A stretch of DNA of 64,000 bases, taken from positions 43,172-107,171 of the IMG/VR virus record IMGVR_UViG_650627007_000001. One strand, 5' to 3'. Below are positions 17,195-25,233 of the stretch, in pieces (the stretch's first letter is position 1; each line of letters opens with the position of its first letter). The notes under the pieces were generated by a model. The model had not been told where the DNA came from and did no database searches. It saw only the letters and a list, made by a program, of their open reading frames with translations. The DNA comes from Chrysonvirus as5. Its lineage: Duplodnaviria; Heunggongvirae; Uroviricota; Caudoviricetes; Straboviridae. Made by a program: the position numbers and the translations under genes.

Positions 17195-18352
17195 TTAGTA
17201 ACCTTGTGGTACGAATTTCTCTGGATACTTCTTGATAACAGCCACGATTTCATCTGCCAGACTGAAATCAGGACGAGTGCTGAACATCTGCATGGCGATG
17301 TTGAACCAGTGACGCTCGTTCTTGAATTCATTGGTCATGCTGATGGCATACTCGCGACGCTCCAGTGCCTTATACTTCGAATAAGCGTTGGTCAGTGCCT
17401 GCATTGCAGAGCTAACGACATCACGGAACTTGGCATCAAACACTTCGATTTTTGCCAGACTGTTCGGATCGTCTCGGAACATTTGACGCAGGTCATCGGT
17501 GGCGTTTTCAGCACAAGCAGAAATCAGGCGCTTGCTGTCATTGATGCTGTCTTTGGTATGATGCAGAGCGACATACCAGTCGGTTTTCAGCTTGAACATT
17601 TGGTAATCTTCCATAACTACCACGTAACCTTCGATACCAGTCATGCCGTAAACGTTCTTGATCCACTCGGCACCATCTTGCGGAACTTCATAGAAATCAG
17701 CAGCATATTTGCGGAACACACTGTCTTTTTGCAGTTCGGCAAAATCAACGTATTCGCCGGTTTCGTTGTGACGGATGTTCAGAATGCGCAGTTGATGATC
17801 GGTATAGCACAGAACGATTTGGTTATGCGGTGCAGTCCACTCCATGTTGACAGTGAAACCTTCTTTCGCATAAGCACGGCAGAATTCCAGCAGATCTGCT
17901 TGATCGTCTTGATACAGCCAAACGCTGGCATCATTGGCTTGATTGCTGCGAATGGAGCCTTTGGACTTGAGAAGCAGATTATCAACGTCCATGAAAGTGC
18001 TGATCAGAGAGCCGTCGCGCTTGTCGATAACAAACTTGATCTTGCTCAGATCTGGCATTTTCATGTTGCCGTGAGTTTCTAGCTTTTCCCAGCCGATAAC
18101 TTCGCTGTAGTTGAAGAATTTGTCCATCGGACGACTCATGATACGAACCGGAATTTCGCCGTTCATTTCGAACATGATGCCACGACAAGCCATTGCGTCT
18201 GGACGAATCCAATCGTTATATCCGGCAACGTGATAATCGAAAATTCGAACTTTAGTACCGAGGGAGGTCACGGTCTCGGAGAAAAAGAATTTGGTGTTGT
18301 CGTCAACACACAGGTTAACCAGATTTTGATACAGTTCTTTGATACTTTGCAT
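17195..18352 (-). CDS. rnlA: RNA ligase 1
   Basis: KRDGS motif I, CRGIMFE, FTVNMEW, EGYV, FKLKTDWY. Confidence 0.95.
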   Translation of the reverse strand: MQSIKELYQNLVNLCVDDNTKFFFSETVTSLGTKVRIFDYHVAGYNDWIRPDAMACRGIMFEMNGEIPVRIMSRPMDKFFNYSEVIGWEKLETHGNMKMPDLSKIKFVIDKRDGSLISTFMDVDNLLLKSKGSIRSNQANDASVWLYQDDQADLLEFCRAYAKEGFTVNMEWTAPHNQIVLCYTDHQLRILNIRHNETGEYVDFAELQKDSVFRKYAADFYEVPQDGAEWIKNVYGMTGIEGYVVVMEDYQMFKLKTDWYVALHHTKDSINDSKRLISACAENATDDLRQMFRDDPNSLAKIEVFDAKFRDVVSSAMQALTNAYSKYKALERREYAISMTNEFKNERHWFNIAMQMFSTRPDFSLADEIVAVIKKYPEKFVPQGY

Positions 18353-18752
18353 AATGTTTATTCCATTCAGGGTTAAAATGCTTGATAACTCGGGGTTCTT
18401 CTAAGTGCATTGATGTTACGGTTATTGGGGTGGCGTTTCTTCCGATGAATATCGTCGGACATTCTTTTACATAGAGTTCAACGCCGCTTTTTACAATCGT
18501 TTTTTCTAACAGATCTGTTTTGATTTGATTTGACACAAACGCATTCTTCCAGTTTTTGGAGTTGCGATAAGTGTCAAATCGCTTCCATAAGTCATTCGAC
18601 TTGCCAATATACTTGACTTCCGAGTTGACAACGAAAGCATACAAAACAAATATTAGTTGTCTGGGCTTAACGAAATCGCGAGATATTTTACCGCTATCAT
18701 CAAGCCGCAGATCGCACAACTTTTTGAACCCGAATCGTGACAGTTCATTCAT
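18315..18752 (-). CDS. denA: endonuclease II (GIY-YIG)
   Basis: VLYAF...YIGKS..L.KR...Y, LEEP..IK.FNP.WN as in T4 EndoII; synteny with rnlA. Confidence 0.88.
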   Translation of the reverse strand: MNELSRFGFKKLCDLRLDDSGKISRDFVKPRQLIFVLYAFVVNSEVKYIGKSNDLWKRFDTYRNSKNWKNAFVSNQIKTDLLEKTIVKSGVELYVKECPTIFIGRNATPITVTSMHLEEPRVIKHFNPEWNKHYAKYQRTVSKSG

Positions 18753-19033
18753 ATGTCAAGTCCGGTATATGTCCCAGCCAACTTATTGACCAGTGTCGCT
18801 ATTACTTCTCCGTGACAAGGAAGTGGTGAGCAGGTACATCCTAATCGCTTTCCATGTAGAGATAACAGCATTTCTTTTGTAATGTTACCAGATCTGATTT
18901 CATTACGCAAGTGATTTTTGAACTTTTCGATATTTTCAGCTCGACTACCATCTTTGTGTGGGTTTCCCCAGATTGTACCGCGCTGGATGTCGATATCGAA
19001 ATCCGTTTTATACTTGTTCACCACATAGCACAT
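18749..19033 (-). CDS. DUF4326-like protein
   Basis: RGTIWGNP and GKRLGCTCSPLPCHGEVI motifs. Confidence 0.8.
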   Translation of the reverse strand: MCYVVNKYKTDFDIDIQRGTIWGNPHKDGSRAENIEKFKNHLRNEIRSGNITKEMLLSLHGKRLGCTCSPLPCHGEVIATLVNKLAGTYTGLDI

Positions 19034-19505
19034 AGATTGCTTTCTCCATGAGATTTTCAGTTAGCCCATAACGCGCAGGACACACGTGGCGATCTTCCAT
19101 CTCTTTATACTGAGAAAACAATTGGATGTCGTCGAGCACAACAAAGTTTGTAATACCGTTTTCTTTTATGTGGCGAATCACCGATTCTACTCGAAGATGT
19201 CCACCACCTGTGTAATCTATCACATCCGCGATTTCGATGTCAAGAAAATTAGCAATCTTTTGTGTTCTCATATCGTCGCCGACACGGAACCAAGAGCTAA
19301 TCCCAACGACTTTCGCGTTAGTCTCGCAAATGATTCGGTGCAGTCGTTCAAGCATCGGGATATAAACCCAATCAACTTTACCATACAACCGAATCACTCG
19401 TTTGTCCATATTGATTAGCGTATCTAGCTCGGAGTATGAGTTCAATACGCCATCGATGTCAAGATAAATTACACTGCCATAGGAGCTTTGATCGCTGAGT
19501 GGCAT
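19008..19505 (-). CDS. HAD-family phosphatase (Swiss-army-knife RNA-repair-like HAD)
   Basis: YLDIDGVLN, ISSW, FVVLDD motifs. Confidence 0.8.
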   Translation of the reverse strand: MPLSDQSSYGSVIYLDIDGVLNSYSELDTLINMDKRVIRLYGKVDWVYIPMLERLHRIICETNAKVVGISSWFRVGDDMRTQKIANFLDIEIADVIDYTGGGHLRVESVIRHIKENGITNFVVLDDIQLFSQYKEMEDRHVCPARYGLTENLMEKAIYVLCGEQV

Positions 19506-20302
19506 TTGTAATCCTCTAGTTGAATATCATCCACTGAGAGATTACACGCTTCTTCCAGAGTTGTAAAGTCTTTTTTGAACACCAGTTTTGGCAGTTCGTA
19601 AGGCTCACGGCTCAGTTGTTCGCGCACTTGTTCAAAGTGGTTGTTATACACGTGGACATCATCCAACATGCCTGTTAGCAAACCCGCTTTGTAGCCAGTG
19701 ATCTTTGCAACGATTTCAAGCAGTAAACCATAACTAGCGATATTAAACGCCAATCCAAGGAAGGTGTCAACACTTCGCTGATACCAAGTCAAATTCAGAC
19801 GTCCAGCTTTCACACTGAATCGGAACAGAACGTGACACGGCGGCAGTGCCATATGAGGCAAGTCAACCGGATTCCAAGCACTGACGATATTACGACGACA
19901 TTCTGGATTAGTCTTAATTCGTTCGATTGCTTTAGCGAGTTGATCGACCCCGTTAAAATCGCGCCATTGCTTGCCATAAACAGGACCAAGCTCACCGTCG
20001 GTATAACCCAGTGCTACCCCTTGATTATTGAAATTATCGTCCCAAATCGTTTTGGTAGATGATCCAACACCATAGGTCATAGTGCGCAGAGTTTCAACGT
20101 TAGTGAATCCGTTCATGAACCACAACAGTTCACCGCGAACGGCTTTCCATGCGAGTGTCTTAGTTGTGGTAGCAGGGAACCCGTCTGCCATATCAAACTG
20201 AATCATGCGACCGACAACAGAACGAGTACCAACACCCGTTCTGTCCATTTCGTCAACGCCATGAGTCAGGATATCTTGCATTAAATCCTGATAGTTCTTC
20301 AT
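19469..20302 (-). CDS. td: thymidylate synthase, intron-free
   Basis: DRTGVGT, GPVYGKQWR, LPPCH, QRSVD, FNIASY motifs. Confidence 0.97.
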   Translation of the reverse strand: MKNYQDLMQDILTHGVDEMDRTGVGTRSVVGRMIQFDMADGFPATTTKTLAWKAVRGELLWFMNGFTNVETLRTMTYGVGSSTKTIWDDNFNNQGVALGYTDGELGPVYGKQWRDFNGVDQLAKAIERIKTNPECRRNIVSAWNPVDLPHMALPPCHVLFRFSVKAGRLNLTWYQRSVDTFLGLAFNIASYGLLLEIVAKITGYKAGLLTGMLDDVHVYNNHFEQVREQLSREPYELPKLVFKKDFTTLEEACNLSVDDIQLEDYKCHSAIKAPMAV

Positions 20303-20598
20303 AGCAGCAGAATACCACCTTCGCTACGTGAGCCACCAGACTCGCCAGCACCCTTGATTACATCAAGTTGTTTGCGCAGTTCGATGATTGCACTTTGCAA
20401 TTCGGTGATACAGGTTTCGTGCATCTTGAACACGTCAGACGCTTCCTGCAAACGCTGATTAATGACCTTGATGGTCTCACTTTGACTTTCGATCTTATCG
20501 CTCATATTCTCGAACAGATAAAAGAACAGCGCGTTTAGTTCTTCCTGAGTCATATTCTCAGGATCTTTTTCCATTAGCTCTTGAATGTTTACAGCCAC
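20299..20598 (-). CDS. hypothetical coiled-coil protein
   Basis: heptad pattern. Confidence 0.7.
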   Translation of the reverse strand: MAVNIQELMEKDPENMTQEELNALFFYLFENMSDKIESQSETIKVINQRLQEASDVFKMHETCITELQSAIIELRKQLDVIKGAGESGGSRSEGGILLL

Positions 20599-21041
20599 TC
20601 AGAAATATCCTCTACAAGTTCGGCCATTACATAACGACCGTATTTTTCTAAAATGAAATCGAATTCAACAACCATTTCTTTCGCATCGATAACGGTAATC
20701 GTATTTTCAAGAATACCTTTCATCAGCTTTGGAAATGAGTTTGTACCAATCTGGATTTTATAATCTCTACCATTAGCCAGGATACTACCATCGATGTAAT
20801 AAGCTGACCCGTTATAGTTCGAGAGAATGCGACCAATCTTGATTTGAGCACGGTATACAAAATGCCCGTTCTTGGTCGGCTTAGGCTCTTTACCATATGA
20901 CCCGTTACAATATGATTCTCCGGTCTGCGGGACTCCATCATATTCAGTCACAAACCAACGTCTTTGTTTGGCATCCTTGCGAATGCCATGAACCTTGATT
21001 GCGGGATTGATTTTATCAGCGTCGTCTGAACTAATAAACAT
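20589..21041 (-). CDS. hypothetical, paralog family D
   Basis: PAIKVHGIR..., FILEKYG. Confidence 0.75.
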   Translation of the reverse strand: MFISSDDADKINPAIKVHGIRKDAKQRRWFVTEYDGVPQTGESYCNGSYGKEPKPTKNGHFVYRAQIKIGRILSNYNGSAYYIDGSILANGRDYKIQIGTNSFPKLMKGILENTITVIDAKEMVVEFDFILEKYGRYVMAELVEDISEWL

Positions 21042-21527
21042 TTAAACGCTCTCCAGAGGAATAATATCACCGAAATACGGCTCGATGTAAGCGTTTTCGC
21101 CTTTCTTCTCAACAGTAAATGTCAGCTCAAATTCACCGCTCGCGTTTCCCACCAAAGTTTGATCTGCCAGACGCTTCATGATTTCTAGAGTACCAGTCGC
21201 ACCCGTCTCAATCTCAAAACCAGATGCAGTTTTCAGACCGATTTGGAATCCACTTTGACCACGATATACATCAGCAACAGTCACAACAGTTTTGAAAACG
21301 TAGTGAGCAGAACGATCGGTAGCCGCTGGACGGTATTTCAACCAGCCATAGTAACCAGTCATCAGTTGACCATTATGAGCAATCATGATCGCCCAGTTGC
21401 GCTTTTTCTTGTAGTCGGATCGATACCCCAGAACTTTAATGCACGGATCCAGAGCATTCAGAGATTGGCAGTTGCCCATCAACATTTGAAACGTGGGCTT
21501 TTGGGAAAGATCGTAGTTATACGACAT
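21042..21527 (-). CDS. hypothetical, paralog family D
   Basis: PCIKVLGYR..., FTVEKKG. Confidence 0.75.
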   Translation of the reverse strand: MSYNYDLSQKPTFQMLMGNCQSLNALDPCIKVLGYRSDYKKKRNWAIMIAHNGQLMTGYYGWLKYRPAATDRSAHYVFKTVVTVADVYRGQSGFQIGLKTASGFEIETGATGTLEIMKRLADQTLVGNASGEFELTFTVEKKGENAYIEPYFGDIIPLESV

Positions 21528-22041
21528 TTTTATTCCTCATTAGTTTATAAGCAATGGCAACGTCTTCTAGATATGTCATATCATACACCCAGAAATCGGT
21601 CATCAGTTTATTTGTGAATTCTTCATCCGCTCTAACGTCGCATTCGAATTCATCATCATTGAGGATCACAGTATGCGCCACTTCGTCGCATTTGTCAATC
21701 GCTTCCTTCAACACAGTCATACCGCCAATAACACATATGTTGTCATAAGTGTTTCTAAGCTCGTCCAACGCTTGGCAAACATCACCATGCATGAACATAT
21801 CGGGTCTGTCTCCGTTCTTCGCTATCACGCGGTTGGTGTCGTTTTGCGAGCTAATCACCACGTTAGTTCTGTTCTTTAATGCAGACGGCAGACTCATGAA
21901 TGTTTTAGCACCCATTACAAGACATGCACCAGCGGTAGTCTTCATGAAATGCTTCATATCTTCTTTGCAGTGACCCCAAGGAAGTTCTCCCTTGTTACCG
22001 AACTCACCATTCTTACCAGTTGCAAACACAGCTTTGATCAT
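21517..22041 (-). CDS. frd: dihydrofolate reductase
   Basis: GELPW, EDMKHF, VMGAKTF.SL...L.NR, VIGG. Confidence 0.95.
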   Translation of the reverse strand: MIKAVFATGKNGEFGNKGELPWGHCKEDMKHFMKTTAGACLVMGAKTFMSLPSALKNRTNVVISSQNDTNRVIAKNGDRPDMFMHGDVCQALDELRNTYDNICVIGGMTVLKEAIDKCDEVAHTVILNDDEFECDVRADEEFTNKLMTDFWVYDMTYLEDVAIAYKLMRNKNVV

Positions 22042-22064
22042 TGTTTTCTCCTTGTCTCACTAAT

Positions 22065-22089
22065 AAAAAAGGCTCCCGAAGGAGCCTTT
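22065..22089 (-). terminator. terminator after gene 32
   Basis: AAAGGCTCC-TTCG-GGAGCCTTT plus T tract. Confidence 0.85.
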
Positions 22090-22095
22090 GTTTGA

Positions 22096-23001
22096 TTAGA
22101 TTTCGTCCAGCAGGCTGTCGAGTTCAGCATCCAGACCTACGGTGCTTGGAGTGAACGGAACATCGTCGTCGGCAGTTTTTTCTGCCGGAGTCTGCGGCTC
22201 GTCGAACTGTTGCATTTGACGCTCAAAATCATCGGTAGCACGACCAGCGGAACGCTTCTCGGCACCCATGATGCGATTAAACGCAGTGCTCAGATCTTCG
22301 AAAGACTTGAATTTGTCTTTGGCGACCAGACTCATGATGTCGTGCATTTGTTCGAACAGTTGAGCTTGATAAGCTTCATCTTCGATGTTCGGCAGTTGAG
22401 AAACTTTACCGAATGCGGAATCATCATAGTTGTTGTTGCCGCCAACTTTCTTGATCTTGATAGTGAAGTTCTTACCTTCGAACGGGCAAGTAACGTCGCA
22501 CGGCTCTTCGCCAAGATCGGTGTTAACGTCTACCTCGGCTTGAATCTTGTCCATGATCTTCTTACCGAAGCGGAACTTGAATACTTTGCCTTCGTTTTCC
22601 GGATTAGCCGGATCTTTGATAACGAGAATGTTAGCCCAGAAAGCGACTTTACGAGTTACGCCAGAAGCGTACATAGCTTTCTTGTCTGCTTCGTTGTTGT
22701 AATCCCAGTTCTGTTCTTTGATCCACTGACAAGCAGGGCAAGAATCATAATCACCGTGGGTACTGGAGCAGTTCTCGATATACCACTTGCCATTGCGTTG
22801 GAAGCCGTGATTTACGAGCTTAACGAAAGTGGTTGCATCGTCACCTTTAGCAGGCAGGAAGCGGATAACAGCGGCGCCGTTGCCTTGCTTGTCTTGTACC
22901 AGTTTCCACTCAGCGCCATCAGATTCAAAACCTTTCTTAGCGGAGAAAGAAGCCAGTTGCTGTTGCAGTTGGGACGGGTCACGACGTTTGAAAATAGACA
23001 T
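22096..23001 (-). CDS. 32: single-stranded DNA-binding protein
   Basis: GNGAAVIRFLP, NHGF, CSSTHGDYDSCPAC, acidic tail. Confidence 0.97.
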   Translation of the reverse strand: MSIFKRRDPSQLQQQLASFSAKKGFESDGAEWKLVQDKQGNGAAVIRFLPAKGDDATTFVKLVNHGFQRNGKWYIENCSSTHGDYDSCPACQWIKEQNWDYNNEADKKAMYASGVTRKVAFWANILVIKDPANPENEGKVFKFRFGKKIMDKIQAEVDVNTDLGEEPCDVTCPFEGKNFTIKIKKVGGNNNYDDSAFGKVSQLPNIEDEAYQAQLFEQMHDIMSLVAKDKFKSFEDLSTAFNRIMGAEKRSAGRATDDFERQMQQFDEPQTPAEKTADDDVPFTPSTVGLDAELDSLLDEI

Positions 23002-23022
23002 TACAGTTTTTCCTTATACAGT

Positions 23023-23673
23023 TTAAGACAGTTTATTTTGATTTGCGATTTCAATAAAGCAGGCTTTCGCTTGCTCTTTATTTATACGTGTCAGCATACG
23101 ATATGCCTTAATTCGAGAAGCATATCCATTTGCCCACACATGGTCATCAAGTTTATCATAACTATCGACGAAATTAAACAAAGCATCGAGAATTATCATT
23201 GTTTCATAACTGATTGTACCAGTTTGAACGAACTTGAATATCCATGGTTGCCCATTAGTTGAATATATTAGTTCCTTGAACTTCATATTCTTCTTACGGG
23301 CGAAATAGAACATTTGTTCCACTTCTTCTTTAAAAACTGTGCTCATTTGCTCATAGCGTCCAAGCGCAGTTCTATAAAAAGTTACGGCATCAGCGTTGGC
23401 TATATCACCACCCCATGCGTCAGGGTTCGCTGCAAAGTTCACAGTCATAATAGCAGCGAGTTCACCGAGAGTAAACTTTGTGGCTAATCTTTCGAATATA
23501 GCACGACTGCGATGTTTGACGAAACTTTGTTCGGTTGCCCGAATAGGTGTCCACTGATATTTCACGATGTCATATTTACCGGCAAAGTGATTTTTCAGCG
23601 TCAGAAATAGACGATATACACTAATACCATTGACAGTCATTTTCGGCTTGGGTGGTAATATAAGTTCGATCAT
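23023..23673 (-). CDS. 59: helicase loader
   Basis: VNGISVYRLFLTLKNHF.GKYD; synteny. Confidence 0.93.
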   Translation of the reverse strand: MIELILPPKPKMTVNGISVYRLFLTLKNHFAGKYDIVKYQWTPIRATEQSFVKHRSRAIFERLATKFTLGELAAIMTVNFAANPDAWGGDIANADAVTFYRTALGRYEQMSTVFKEEVEQMFYFARKKNMKFKELIYSTNGQPWIFKFVQTGTISYETMIILDALFNFVDSYDKLDDHVWANGYASRIKAYRMLTRINKEQAKACFIEIANQNKLS

Positions 23674-23912
23674 GCGCCCAGAAAATCAAGAGTAGCATTA
23701 TTATCAGGTTTAATTGTCCTGTTTTCGATGCCTTCTTGCTCCATTTTGTCTTTAAGTGCTGGATAAATTAAACGAGGAATATCCATCGGCTCAATATCCA
23801 ACTCTTCCGCGACTTCAAGACAAGATTCGATTAAAGAGAGACCCAGATCCCTGGATCTCGCTTCGACCATCAAGCTGAAATCGATCTTGCTAATTTCAGT
23901 CTTCTTTTCCAT
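23670..23912 (-). CDS. 33: late transcription co-activator
   Basis: size, L.DK...E motif, acidic-hydrophobic tail, synteny. Confidence 0.85.
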   Translation of the reverse strand: MEKKTEISKIDFSLMVEARSRDLGLSLIESCLEVAEELDIEPMDIPRLIYPALKDKMEQEGIENRTIKPDNNATLDFLGA

Positions 23913-24199
23913 TACTTGCTCGGGAAAGTAGCGTCATACAGCTCAAAAATGCCTTCTGCCTCAGCTTCTGCCTGGTCACGCTCGCGCTTATGACGAATCT
24001 TGAGCAGCTTGCCAAAGTCTTTACCTTCAACGCCCATTTCTTCTTTAGCCCGAGTCTTGATCTCTTTGATCATTTCTTGGAAGCTCGCGATCTGGGTCAG
24101 ATGGCCTTCTGCTTCATCGATCAGTGCTGCCAGACTCTCGGCATGAACGTTTACGTTGAATTCTACTTTGGCTTTCTTTTGCTTCTTTTCGTTGGTCAT
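23912..24199 (-). CDS. dsbA: double-stranded DNA-binding protein
   Basis: IK.IK..AKEE.GV.GK.F.KL motif; synteny. Confidence 0.9.
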   Translation of the reverse strand: MTNEKKQKKAKVEFNVNVHAESLAALIDEAEGHLTQIASFQEMIKEIKTRAKEEMGVEGKDFGKLLKIRHKRERDQAEAEAEGIFELYDATFPSK

Positions 24200-24235
24200 T
24201 TTCAGTTTCTCTTTGTTTAACAGAAGTTTATATTA

Positions 24236-25156
24236 TCAAAAATCGTTAGCACTGTCTAGCAATTTTTTGATGGCTTTTTTCACAAAGTACGGATAGATTT
24301 TGCTACGACCCGGCACTTTGATTGTTTCAAATTCATTGATGATTGCGCTTCGGATGTGATCGGGAATCATTTCGAAGTCAACCAATTCACGGTTTTCATT
24401 GTATCTTACTAACTCGTCGCCAGTAAACAATGTTGCCGGATCTTTAGTTTCAAACGCTTGTGCCAACAGCTTGGAGCTGATTGACTTCTGACGCTCGCCA
24501 TCAAGCTTCGTGTAGATGAAATCCGAACGAGACTTAATATTAGCAACGCCATCACCAGTATCGCCTTTAATGATCTTAGTGATCAAAGATTGACGCCATG
24601 TGCCTTCTTTGGGCTTGACCCATTTCTTCTGGCCTGGACTCCACTGCTTGACGTTTTTATAACGTTGCGTTTGAGTCATATCACCATCTGATGAAACAAC
24701 AAGCACAGGTGCATCTGGACATTTTTCGTCCAAATACTTACACAGCACACCGATGATATCATCTGCCTCGGTATGAGGAAGAATCAATGTCTTATACGGC
24801 ATGTTGTCGCGAATCTCGTATGCAACGGTTTTCAGTGAATCAAAGATAGATTCCCAGTCCCATTCGGATTCTTTGCGATCACGCTCGCGGTGCTTTTTGT
24901 AGAAATAATATTTCTGACGTCGCCAGTATCCACCATCGGCGCTATTATCTACCGCGATAATGATATTCGGATACTCGCGCTTGCGATTCAGAACGTTGTA
25001 TTTCAGAGACGAAAGGATCAGATGTCGCACCAGATTGGTGTCGATCTTATCAGTCGGCTCATAAGTTTGTAAGATTGTTGCAATAGCGATCTGACTAAAG
25101 TCAAAGATGCAGTATCCTTGGCTTTCCTCTTCGCCTAGCATTGATGATAAATCCAT
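24236..25156 (-). CDS. rnh: RNase H / 5'-3' exonuclease
   Basis: DFSQI, YWRR, EADDIIG, SSDGD..Q, KGD.GDGV. Confidence 0.95.
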   Translation of the reverse strand: MDLSSMLGEEESQGYCIFDFSQIAIATILQTYEPTDKIDTNLVRHLILSSLKYNVLNRKREYPNIIIAVDNSADGGYWRRQKYYFYKKHRERDRKESEWDWESIFDSLKTVAYEIRDNMPYKTLILPHTEADDIIGVLCKYLDEKCPDAPVLVVSSDGDMTQTQRYKNVKQWSPGQKKWVKPKEGTWRQSLITKIIKGDTGDGVANIKSRSDFIYTKLDGERQKSISSKLLAQAFETKDPATLFTGDELVRYNENRELVDFEMIPDHIRSAIINEFETIKVPGRSKIYPYFVKKAIKKLLDSANDF

Positions 25157-25196
25157 GGGACTCCTCTAATCGTCTGAACTTCGACGGGGTTAAGTT

Positions 25197-25203
25197 CTAA
25201 ATA
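25197..25203 (+). promoter_or_regulatory. late (gp55-type) promoter for gene 34
   Basis: CTAAATA upstream of 34. Confidence 0.7.
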
Positions 25204-25233
25204 ACAGCATAACATACACAAAAGAGGTACGCA

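Noticed and set aside
19469-20302. Group I intron in td as in T4
   Set aside because: td is a contiguous 277-aa ORF with all motifs
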